Source: Macrostomum lignano (taxonomy: Eukaryota). From it: a DNA stretch of 64,000 bases. Shown here one piece after another: positions 1 to 14,313 of this stretch (positions are counted from its first letter, which is position 1; every line of letters begins with the position of its first letter). Position numbers and translations under genes: made by a program. Where the stretch lies: positions 557,794 through 621,793 of the forward strand of contig NIVC01000352.1 of assembly GCA_002269645.1 (NCBI GenBank), given 5' to 3'. Below the pieces are notes generated by a model. That model had not been told where the DNA came from. It did no database searches and worked only from the letters and a program-made list of their open reading frames with translations.

Positions 1-861
1 TTTGTGCTCGTTCGTTGGATAATTAAATCCCGTCTGTAATAGATAGAGTCTCCCTGCTCTGCCTCAGCTCCCCTTCCTGCGTCGGGTTTTAATACTCATC
101 TGATTTCCCTGCGTCTTTATGAAGCCGCGTTTTTGGGGGAAGAGACACAGGGGAGAAAGAAATCCGGTGGGTGTCTCCTGTGGCTCAGGCCAGACTAAAA
201 GTGAACCAAGCGATGCATGGAGAAAACAGCAGACCCCCTTGAAGTATGATACAATTTTTAAGAAGCCAGCAATTTCTTGCTAATTATCGTTCAAACGAAG
301 CAAAAACAAGACCGTTTTAATCTGATTAAGTTTCACTGGCTGGTTGAGGTAAGCAGAAACTGTCCGTGGATAAATAGTAGAGCTAGCGTTTTCCTCTAGC
401 CAAGTTAACGAGAGCGAAAACAACAAGAATTGGTGAGAAGAGCGGGTAAATAGTACTGGATGTACTTTTCGCTTGTTTCTGTGCGTCAGAAGCTGCATAT
501 TTAGCAGCACGTTTAATCATGCGCGATAGGTAAGCGATATAATAGCACTGAAGCCATAAAAGATATAAGAGTATCGATAATCTTAGAGACTCTTCTCACA
601 CAAAGCTTCGGTAAGAAAGTAAGTTCTGAGATCTTAAACTGTAGATTTCATTTATGCGATTTTATGGTTCACAGAAGAAGGTTAGATAATGCGAGCGTAG
701 TATTAGATCTGAGTTCTCTGTGCAGAGAATTATACTTGTGACGCTGTCTATAAGATAAAAAGAATGTATCATTATTTATTAGGAAAGCGACATAGAAATG
801 ATTTCAAACTGACTCGATGGCCTGATGCACGTTTCATTTTTCTCGGCTTGAACCGAATTCA

Positions 862-1145
862 CATCTCTTTCCCCTCTCTTGATTCTTATTGGCTGCGACA
901 GATCTGCTGTAAAGTTGATTTGATTCGGCCTTACCTCCACCCAGTTTGTCTCCCTTCCCCTCTTCTTGCTTCTTATTGGGTGCGAAAATAAGACAATTGG
1001 TTTGACTCAGCCTTATCCCCATCCAGTTTGTCTCCCTCTCTCTTGATTCTGATTGGCTGCGACAGATCTACTGTAAATTTGATTTGACCCAGGCTTACCC
1101 CCACCCAGTTTGTCGCCCCTTCTCTCTCTTAAATCTTATTGGCTG
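862..1145. repeat. Imperfect tandem repeat (about 75-80 bp unit) downstream of PKD2
   Basis: Recurring blocks ctctcttgattcttattggctgcgacagatct and cacccagtttgtctccc. Confidence 0.6.
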
Positions 1146-1249
1146 ATAGTTCATTTTAAGTTATCAAGTGTCATATGCAGCTTGTATTGATAAGGCTACA
1201 TCGTGGCTGGTGGCAGCGGATCCCAATCAAATTCGAGCCAGCCAGGCAG

Positions 1250-4200
1250 TCACTGCTGCTCAGGTTTCCCAACACCGGCCGCTGGCGAATCCCATTGACG
1301 AAGTTCCTGCTGAAGCTGCTCCATCAGATTGAGTCTAGATACCTCAGGCGACCCAGACAAAGGAGCCCTCACAAGCTTCAGCATTCGGTATAGCGACGTG
1401 CGGCGCTCGAGTCGGAGCCGTTCCAGCCTCTCGAGCGTCATCAGCACTCGATCGATGCTGCTGAGCGCGCCGCCGACCCGGCCTTCCAGACGGTCGACGC
1501 GCCGCGTTAGGAACGCCAGCTCGTCGCGCGAAGCCGGTTCGCCACGAAAGCCGGACCGCAATCCCGGAGCTCCGGCGTCCTCGTCTAAAACGGAGCAGGC
1601 GGCGTCCGAGCCGACTTCGAACGACGTTTCAACCTGGTCGGGTGCCGGCGCCGCTCCGGTGATTTCGCGGTCCAGTTTCATCTGCGGGATTTCAAAATTG
1701 AGACTCTCTTGGCCCTCATATCGCTGCCAGACAGATAGAATCCCTGCGATAGAAAGAGCTCACCTTTTCACCCTCCAAGTCGCGTCGCATTTGCATTCGC
1801 TCGGCCGCGCTTAACACTTGGTCTCCGTCGGCGTCGTATTTCGCGAACAGGGCCTCGATCTCGGCATCGGCAAAGCCGCGTCTGCGTGCGTGAGCGTTTT
1901 GGAGCATTTGGCGCTTCTTTTAGAAGAAAATTCGATACTTTGAGGATCCTTGCTGTAACCAACAAAAGTGAACTGATAAGCATGGTTGTAAGACAACATT
2001 GCCGAAGGCGTTGCGCCAGGGTGCCCACAGCCCCCTTGCAGTTATTACTATTAGTATTATAGGGAGACAGGACAGCTAGTCTCCGATAGCTAAGCGCATT
2101 CAAAAGCTTGCACGATCGCAACTCACTGCCTCAGTTGATTACGCCAGCCTTCAAAGTTCACGGTCGCTTCGTCGCCGCACTGCAGCACAGCCCGCTGAAT
2201 ATCCAGCACTTTCTGGCGCCTCACGGCCAGCTTATCCATCAGTCTGTCGGCTCTCTGCGGTGAGTATTTTGAGTACTAGCACTGAGCTTCCACCACCGCG
2301 TCTCAAGGCAACATGACTTCTGTACTCACCCTGCGCAGAAATCTGGCGACGTCGATCCTAGCGTGTCCGCCGCCAACTTCGTTGTCAGCCTTGACTTCGC
2401 CAAATTTCTCATTAATAATGGCCAGAAACATGTTGAGCAGTATGAAGAATACAAAGAACACGTACAGCAAAAAGTACACGGGTCCAATCAGCCTGTTAGC
2501 CTGCTGGATCTTGTAGAAATTCACGTCGCCAAGGATGATGCGGAACAGGGTGAATACCGCCTGTTGAAAGTTTTGAAAGTCGTCCACCTGGGTGCCGAAC
2601 ACCAAAGTGCCCAGCAGAGCGAAGGCGAAGAAAATGATGAAGAATATGATGCAGAAGGCTACCAGATCCTTGGCGCATGAGCCTAGCGTAGCGCTGAGCA
2701 TGGTGAGTGTCCGGCTGAAGCGGACGTACTTGAACACCTTAATCCAGGCCAGGAAAACGGCAATAGCCACGGCGTGGTTGAAGCAGGTCTGCCAGTAGGA
2801 CAGCGAATAGAAGTTCGGGCAGTCCAGCGAGTCAACGAGCAGCTGGTGCAGCTTGTTGGACACGGCGGCGATGCGGTAGATGTTGAACCCGGCACACACG
2901 TAGCACACTATCAACAGTGCAACGTCCAGGTAATTGGAGAGCACCTTCAGGTAGGCCATGCGTTGTCGTCGTATCTCCAGCACCTCCAGCACAGTGTAGT
3001 AGATGCACATCAGCAGCAGGCCGCACTCGCAGGCGGCAACAAAGTAGTCGAATGGTTCAACGTAGCGCAGCAGCTTGAGAGAGCGGAACTCCCAGGAGGG
3101 GACCACGCCGCCTGCGGGTGGGTGTGAGGCAACTGTTGGGATGATTTTAGGCGTCTAATCGTTGATCCTACATCGCATCTGCGAGTATGCATGTAGTAGG
3201 AAGGATGAAAATCGGCACTCTGACGAAACACAGAATTGAACCAGGGGTCGTGGAGCGAGAGTCAGGTGCGTTTACCGCTGAGCTGCCCTGTCCCCTTTAG
3301 GAAGAATGCATGAGAGTAACCCAGGGATAGACTAAAATTAACTAAACCTGACCTAAACGCGATCCAAGCATAAACAAAATTTAAATTAAAACTCGTCCGA
3401 CTCTCCCACCTAAGTCCCGGGTTCGATTCTCTACCGCGTGGCAGAATATTTGGTTCGCCAAAGGCTAATATCATGCTCATGGGGGCCATTCCCCACGGCG
3501 CAGCAGAGCGTGTACACTGCTTGATCAGAGGCGCGCTCCGAGTGCATATTCAAAGATTCTAGTCATTTTCGATTCTCTCCTCACTATAGCAACGGAATTG
3601 CCAAAAATTCTGGTTCATCCCAGGACACACCGGTTGCCGGAAGCTCAGCTACCAGGCGAGCCACGCAGAACAGATTCACATTGGGGTTGTACACTGTGAA
3701 GTCAATGAAGACAGCCCTGGTGCTGCGGTCGAGCCACAGCGAGTCAAACAGATTTCGCAGAGTCTGCTCCGAGGCCGCCCGGGTCGGCTGCAGCAAGGCT
3801 CTGTAGCCGCCGCCCTCGTAGGTGGCCACCGCGCCCGAGTAGCTCCCGCTGCCTGCGGCGGGTGCGGATTGCGGAGTTTTTTTCCCTGCTGATGATTTCA
3901 TTTTAGCAGCTTTTCTTAGCTGCCTACTTATAGTAGGATAGTTTGCTTTTCTGACGAACAAACATACCGATGTTGGGAGACCGACAGACAGACAGACAGA
4001 CAGACACTAAGACAGACACTATGGCAGACACTAAAACAGACACTAAGACAGACACTAAGGCAGACATTAAGACAGACACTAAGGCAGACACTAAGACAGA
4101 CACTAAGACAGACACTAAGGCAGACACTAAGGCAGACACTAAGACAGACACTAAGGCAGACACTAAGACAGACACTAAGGCAGACACTAAGACAGACACT

Positions 4201-5588
4201 AAGACAGACACTGAGACAGACACTAAGACAGACACTAAGACAGACACTAAGACAGACACTGAGACAGACACTAAGACAGACACTAAGACAGACACTAAGA
4301 CAGACACTAAGACAGACACTAAGACAGACACTGAGACAGACACTAAGACAGACACTAAGACAGACACTAAGACAGACACTGAGACAGACACTAAGACAGA
4401 CACTGAGACAGACACTAAGACAGACACTGAGACAGACACTAAGACAGACACTAAGACAGACACTAAGACAGACACTAAGACAGACACTGAGACAGACACT
4501 AAGACAGACACTAAGACAGACACTAAGACAGACACTAAGACAGACACTAAGACAGGCACTGAGACAGACACTAAGACAGACACTGAGACAGACACTAAGA
4601 CAGACACTGAGACAGACACTAAGACAGACACTAAGACAGACACTGAGACAAACACTAAGACAGACACTAAGACAGACACTAAGACAGGCACTGAGACAGG
4701 CACTGAGAGACAGCATGAAAGCCCCTCACCGTCCAAGTTGGCCTCATTCTGATAGACCCACGCCATGCCGCTTCCGCCGCCTCTGCCCTGGAAAGCTCCC
4801 CTGTGCGCGTTGTCAGCCGAGTACGGCCCGTGGCACCAGCCGATGACGCCGCGGAACGGCTTGGCCACCTTGCAGGTGCGATTGCCGACGCGCACCTGAC
4901 GAATCTGCGCCACGCCCAGCAGGACAGTCTCGTAGTAGATTGTCGAGCGCGCAGTGGCGTTCGCCGCCGAGAGGTTGCCGCTGCTGCTAAACAGGCCGTC
5001 TAGGAGTGGCCCGTTGACAAACTGGAGAGTTTTTAGGGGGTTGAGACCTATTTGGTTCTCAATGACTGTGGACAGGTGTAAAATAGCTACTCACACTCCA
5101 CCACTCCTGAATGGAGTTGATCTCGGCAAACAGTTTAGTGCCATTGCTAATTGGAACCTTCAGAAACAAGCCACTGATCGACTGGGTGAAGTTGTACATG
5201 CTGATGTTCTTGGTACCGAAGGCCACTGAAATTCAAAGCGGTGTCTCTAGCATTGTCCTATTGTATATTCGCAAGTCTCAGTCCCAGACTCACCCACAGT
5301 CATCAGAACCAGAAAGCAGCAGTAGATCACGAGCTCTCGCAGAGTGGCTTTGACATGATTTTCATCGTCACGACTTGCCGCTTCGTCTGATTCATTTGCC
5401 TTCGCTGGCACCAGGCAGCGCCACCAGCCGCCGCCGCCGAAGCAGCCGACGCCTTTGCCATTTCCGGTTGGCGATTCAGCATCAGCTGCTGCTGGTGACA
5501 CTTCTGCATCCGGAATGGAGGCATTCTCGCGCTCCTCCAGATCCCGAATGGCCTGCTGACTGTCAGACTTCATGGCGTTGCCGCTCAT
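1250..5588 (-). CDS. PKD2: Polycystin-2 family TRPP cation channel (PKD2/PKD2L1-like), 8 coding exons, about 799 aa
   Basis: Phase-consistent GT-AG exons: 5588-5294, 5225-5095, 5021-4730, 3852-3631, 3111-2330, 2254-2127, 1881-1764, 1681-1250 (2400 nt). Motifs match PKD2: [44 protein letters not shown], pore region FGTQVDDF...FRIILGD...GPVYF...[12 protein letters not shown]-hand [14 protein letters not shown], and C-terminal coiled coil [13 protein letters not shown]. The last exon could contain a further intron. Confidence 0.95.
3231..3290 (-). mobile_element. tRNA-like head (putative SINE fragment) in a PKD2 intron
   Basis: Minus strand reads GGGCAGCTCAGCGGTAAACGC...CCCCTGGTTCAATTC, with A-box and B-box-like motifs. 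A related 20-mer (ACGACCCCTGGTTCGATTC) occurs at 18651-18670 in a CFAP73 intron. A second B-box (GGTTCGATTC) lies on the plus strand at 3419-3428. No complete cloverleaf was seen. Confidence 0.45.
3983..4712. repeat. 12 bp minisatellite (GACAGACACTAA/GACAGACACTGA) filling a PKD2 intron
   Basis: Tandem array inside intron 4729-3853. It explains the spurious ORFs 3924..4913 (repeat part), 3928..4716 and 3970..4752. Confidence 0.97.
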
Positions 5589-5596
5589 CTGTTGGT

Positions 5597-8500
5597 GCTG
5601 ATGAGGACAAGACTGATGAGATGCTGATGAGGACAAGACTGATGAGATGCTGATGAGGACAAGACTGATGAGATGCTGATGAGGACAAGACTGATGAGAT
5701 GCTGATGAGGACAAGACTGATGAGATGCTGATGAGGACAAGACTGATGAGATGCTGATGAGGACAAGACTGATGAGATGCTGATGAGGACAAGACTGATG
5801 AGATGCTGATGAGGACAAGACTGATGAGATGCTGATGAGGACAAGACTGATGAGATGCTGATGAGGACAAGACTGATGAGATGCTGATGAGGACAAGACT
5901 GTTGAGATGCTGATGAGGACAAGACTGATGAGATGCTGATGAGGAGACTGATGAGATGCTGATGAGGACAAGACTGTTGAGATGCTGATGAGGACAAGAC
6001 TGTTGAGATGCTGATGAGGAGACTGATGAGATGCTGATGAGGACAAGACTGTTGAGATGCTGATGAGGACAAGACTGTTGAGATGCTGATGAGGATATTG
6101 TTGAGATGCTGATGAGGACAAGACTGTTGAGATGCTGATGAGGACAAGACTGTTGAGATGCTGATGAGGACAAGACTGATGAGATGCTGATGAGGACAAG
6201 ACTGTTGAGATGCTGATGAGGACAAGACTGATGAGATGCTGATGAGGACAAGACTGTTGAGATGCTGATGAGGACAAGACTGTTGAGATGCTGATGAGGA
6301 CAAGACTGTTGAGATGCTGATGAGGATATTGTTGAGATGCTGATGAGGACAAGACTGTTGAGATGCTGATGAGGACAAGACTGATGAGATGCTGATGAGG
6401 ACAAGACTGATGAGATTCTGATGAGGAGACTGATGAGATGCTGATGAGGACAAGACTGATGAGATGCTGATGAGGACAAGACTGATGAGATGCTGATGAG
6501 GACAAGACTGATGAGATTCTGATGAGGAGACTGATGAGATGCTGATGAGGACAAGACTGATGAGATGCTGATGAGGACAAGACTGTTGAGATGCTGATGA
6601 GGACAAGACTGTTGAGATGCTGATGAGGACAAGACTGTTGAGATGCTGATGAGGAGACTGATGAGCTGCTGATGAGGACAAGACTGTTGAGATGCTGATG
6701 AGGACAAGACTGTTGAGATGCTGATGAGGAGACTGATGAGATGCTGATGAGGACAAGACTGTTGAGATGCTGATGAGGACAAGACTGTTGAGATGCTGAT
6801 GAGGACAAGACTGTTGAGATGCTGATGAGGAGACTGATGAGATGCTGATGAGGACAAGACTGTTGAGATGCTGATGAGGACAAGACTGTTGAGATGCTGA
6901 TGAGGAGACTGATGAGATGCTGATGAGGACAAGACTGTTGAGATGCTGATGAGGACAAGACTGTTGAGATGCTGATGAGGAGACTGATGAGATGCTGATG
7001 AGGACAAGACTGTTGAGATGCTGATGAGGATATTGTTGAGATGCTGATGAGGACAAGACTGTTGAGATGCTGATGAGGACAAGACTGTTGAGATGCTGAT
7101 GAGGAGACTGATGAGATGCTGATGAGGACAAGACTGTTGAGATGCTGATGAGGACAAGACTGTTGAGATGCTGATGAGGACAAGACTGTTGAGATGCTGA
7201 TGAGGAGACTGATGAGATGCTGATGAGGACAAGACTGTTGAGATGCTGATGAGGATATTGTTGAGATGCTGATGAGGAGACTGATGAGATGCTGATGAGG
7301 ACAAGACTGTTGAGATGCTGATGAGGACAAGACTGATGAGATTCTGATGAGGATATTGTTGAGATGCTGATGAGGACAAGACTGTTGAGATGCTGATGAG
7401 GACAAGACTGTTGAGATGCTGATGAGGACAAGACTGTTGAGATGCTGATGAGGAGACTGATGAGATGCTGATGAGGACAAGACTGTTGAGATGCTGATGA
7501 GGATATTGTTGAGATGCTGATGAGGAGACTGATGAGATGCTGATGAGGACAAGACTGTTGAGATGCTGATGAGGACAAGACTGATGAGATTCTGATGAGG
7601 ATATTGTTGAGATGCTGATGAGGACAAGACTGTTGAGATGCTGATGAGGACAAGACTGTTGAGATGCTGATGAGGACAAGACTGTTGAGATGCTGATGAG
7701 GACAAGACTGTTGAGATGCTGATGAGGAGACTGATGAGATGCTGATGAGGACAAGACTGTTGAGATGCTGATGAGGACAAGACTGTTGAGATGCTGATGA
7801 GGAGACTGATGAGATGCTGATGAGGACAAGACTGTTGAGATGCTGATGAGGATATTGTTGAGATGCTGATGAGGACAAGACTGTTGAGATGCTGATGAGG
7901 ACAAGACTGATGAGATTCTGATGAGGATATTGTTGAGATGCTGATGAGGACAAGACTGTTGAGATGCTGATGAGGACAAGACTGTTGAGATGCTGATGAG
8001 GACAAGACTGTTGAGATGCTGATGAGGACAAGACTGTTGAGATGCTGATGAGGAGACTGATGAGATGCTGATGAGGACAAGACTGTTGAGATGCTGATGA
8101 GGACAAGACTGTTGAGATGCTGATGAGGAGACTGATGAGATGCTGATGAGGACAAGACTGTTGAGATGCTGATGAGGATATTGTTGAGATGCTGATGAGG
8201 ACAAGACTGTTGAGATGCTGATGAGGACAAGACTGTTGAGATGCTGATGAGGACAAGACTGTTGAGATGCTGATGAGGACAAGACTGTTGAGATGCTGAT
8301 GAGGAGACTGATGAGATGCTGATGAGGACAAGACTGTTGAGATGCTGATGAGGATATTGTTGAGATGCTGATGAGGAGACTGATGAGATGCTGATGAGGA
8401 CAAGACTGTTGAGATGCTGATGAGGACAAGACTGATGAGATTCTGATGAGGATATTGTTGAGATGCTGATGAGGACAAGACTGTTGAGATGCTGATGAGG

Positions 8501-10272
8501 ACAAGACTGTTGAGATGCTGATGAGGACAAGACTGTTGAGATGCTGATGAGGAGACTGATGAGATGCTGATGAGGACAAGACTGTTGAGATGCTGATGAG
8601 GATATTGTTGAGATGCTGATGAGGAGACTGATGAGATGCTGATGAGGACAAGACTGTTGAGATGCTGATGAGAACAAGACTGATGAGATTCTGATGAGGA
8701 TATTGTTGAGATGCTGATGAGGACAAGACTGTTGAGATGCTGATGAGGACAAGACTGTTGAGATGCTGATGAGGACAAGACTGTTGAGATGCTGATGAGG
8801 ACAAGACTGTTGAGATGCTGATGAGGAGACTGATGAGATGCTGATGAGGACAAGACTGTTGAGATGCTGATGAGGACAAGACTGTTGAGATGCTGATGAG
8901 GAGACTGATGAGATGCTGATGAGGACAAGACTGTTGAGATGCTGATGAGGATATTGTTGAGATGCTGATGAGGAAAAGACTGTTGAGATGCTGATGAGGA
9001 CAAGACTGATGAGATTCTGATGAGGATATTGTTGAGATGCTGATGAGGACAAGACTGTTGAGATGCTGATGAGGACAAGACTGTTGAGATGCTGATGAGG
9101 ACAAGACTGTTGAGATGCTGATGAGGACAAGACTGTTGAGATGCTGATGAGGAGACTGATGAGATGCTGATGAGGACAAGACTGTTGAGATGCTGATGAG
9201 GAGACTGATGAGATGCTGATGAGGACAAGACTGTTGAGATGCTGATGAGGACAAGACTGTTGAGATGCTGATGAGGAGACTGATGAGATGCTGATGAGGA
9301 CAAGACTGTTGAGATGCTGATGAGGACAAGACTGTTGAGATGCTGATGAGGACAAGACTGTTGAGATGCTGATGAGGACAAGACTGTTGAGATGCTGATG
9401 AGGAGACTGATGAGATGCTGATGAGGACAAGACTGTTGAGATGCTGATGAGGAGACTGATGAGATGCTGATGAGGACAAGACTGTTGAGATGCTGATGAG
9501 GACAAGACTGTTGAGATGCTGATGAGGACAAGACTGTTGAGATGCTGATGAGGACAAGACTGTTGAGATGCTGATGAGGAGACTGATGAGATGCTGATGA
9601 GGACAAGACTGTTGAGATGCTGATGAGGATATTGTTGAGATGCTGATGAGGACAAGACTGTTGAGATGCTGATGAGGACAAGACTGTTGAGATGCTGATG
9701 AGGACAAGACTGTTGAGATGCTGATGAGGACAAGACTGTTGAGATGCTGATGAGGATATTGTTGAGATGCTGATGAGGACAAGACTGTTGAGATGCTGAT
9801 GAGGATATTGTTGAGATGCTGATGAGGACAAGACTGTTGAGATGCTGATGAGGACAAGACTGATGAGATGCTGATGAGGACAAGACTGTTGAGATGCTGA
9901 TGAGGACAAGACTGATGAGATGCTGATGAGGACAAGACTGATGAGATTCTGATGAGGAGACTGATGAGATGCTGATGAGGACAAGACTGATGAGATGCTG
10001 ATGAGGACAAGACTGATGAGATGCTGATGAGGAGACTGATGAGATGCTGATGAGGAGACTGATGAGATGCTGATGAGGACAAGACTGTTGAGATGCTGAT
10101 GAGGAGACTGATGAGATGAGGATGAAGACAAGACTGTTAAGATGCTGATGAGGACAAGACTGTTGAGATGCTGATGAGGACAAGACTGTTAAGATGCTGA
10201 TGAGGACAAGACTGTTGAGATGCTGATGAGGAGACTGATGAGATGCTGATGAGGACAAGACTGTTGAGATGA
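5597..10272. repeat. 4.7 kb minisatellite with 26 and 23 bp variant units (GCTGATGAGGACAAGACTGTTGAGAT core) directly upstream of the PKD2 start exon
   Basis: Variants: ...GACAAGACTG(T/A)TGAGAT (26 bp), ...GAGACTGATGAGAT (23 bp), ...GATATTGTTGAGAT (23 bp). On the minus strand it is bounded by a donor-like GTAGGT near 10304 and the acceptor CAACAG|ATG at 5589. Confidence 0.97.
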
Positions 10273-10972
10273 GGACAAGGACAAGACAAGTAACCAACAC
10301 CTACCTCTGTTTCCAGGTATTCAGGTACTTGCTAAACGGACAAAACACTGAAGTTAATTGTGGTTGCAGCCTGGCAGTCCCTCAGTCAAAAAATGCATAG
10401 CATGACAAGCGTTTTATACAATAAAGCCGTTTTTACCATGCAAGCCCTGAGCACACAATGCAGGCCATAAAGAGCGGCACCTCACTGTTAGGACAAATGA
10501 ATGAGCAGATAATTAGATTATCCGCAAAACTGATGGATTAAGGCTTTAGTTTTGTTTACCGTTGCTACCAACAACGCAATGAATCAAAGCCAGCAAAGTA
10601 CCGGAACAAACTGACTCAGCAACGGCACAATCAAGAGTTTGAGGCTAATCAAGCTTTTGTAATGTTGTTGAGAGTCATTGACCGTGGAACAGGAATTCAG
10701 TGGATATGCAAGCTGCATTAATAGCTATAATATGTCATAATAATATAAGTAATGTCTATTTATTATTCCTGCATGAATGCCATTTGTTTTGAAGTCCAAA
10801 AATTGAGGAACTCTTTAATTCATGAAAGAAGACATAACAAATAGATACGGCTCTAATAAATTCGTACCTTCGCCACTTGAAAGTTTATTTAGATTCTGAA
10901 AGTCATAAAAATAGTTTTAAGTCGTGTATATTTCTCTGCAAGTAAAAGTGCTAAAAATGTTCAACTGCGAGG

Positions 10973-11260
10973 AGCTACCATGAACAGCTGCAGTAGAATG
11001 ACGGTAAACTCGGCTTTCCTAGAAATGAGCTGGAGACCGGTAAGGAACGTATGTTGTTCGTATCACCAGTTCATTTCGTATGCTCTGGAGAACGCATAAG
11101 CGCTGAATGGGGTTTTGCCATAGACAAATTCAGTCGAGAGAATCAGATTTCTCGAGAACATACTAAATTGAACAGCAAACATTCGTTCCTCAACGGCATG
11201 GCCTCCAGTTGATTTCCAAGAAAGCCGAGTCATTCCACTGCAACTGTCTATGGTAGCTAA
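10973..11260. mobile_element. MITE-like element with about 80 bp imperfect terminal inverted repeats
   Basis: agctaccatgaacagctgcagtagaatgac...tcggctttcctagaaatgagctggag (from 10973) mirrors ctccagttgatttccaagaaagccgagtcattccactgcaactgtctatggtagct (to 11260). TA (or AGCT) is present at both ends. Confidence 0.7.
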
Positions 11261-11468
11261 TTTTCTGTCAAAAACACAGGCTTAGTTTTAATCACACTTA
11301 ATGTCGTCAGGAGATTTAGAGGCATTTGGAAATTGTGTACTATTTTTAAAAGAGTTTACCTCCTTCCGTTTATCTATGGTAAAACCCCTTTAACGTAATA
11401 CAAAAGCGAAATCTTTGCGCGAATCGTAACTGTGGCGTCTTTATGCTCTCGTACAAAAACAGTTCTCA

Positions 11469-14233
<2,765 letters not shown>

Positions 14234-14313
14234 TAAAACTCGCACTGGTGAGACTACGTCGAGGGTTTCCTACGTGATACGTGAATATTGAGAACGGTTT
14301 TCTACTGAGCCAA

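Noticed and set aside
3231-3290. Functional tRNA gene
   Set aside because: No convincing acceptor stem or anticodon arm; treated as a SINE-like fragment.
5597-10272. CTGATGAG in every unit, resembling the hammerhead ribozyme core or snoRNA boxes
   Set aside because: There is no GAAA core element and no flanking stems, so a hammerhead cannot fold.
5247-10300. Three ORFs of 1500-1600 aa on the minus strand
   Set aside because: They are translations of a 26/23 bp satellite lacking stop codons on that strand; only 5588-5294 is a credible exon.
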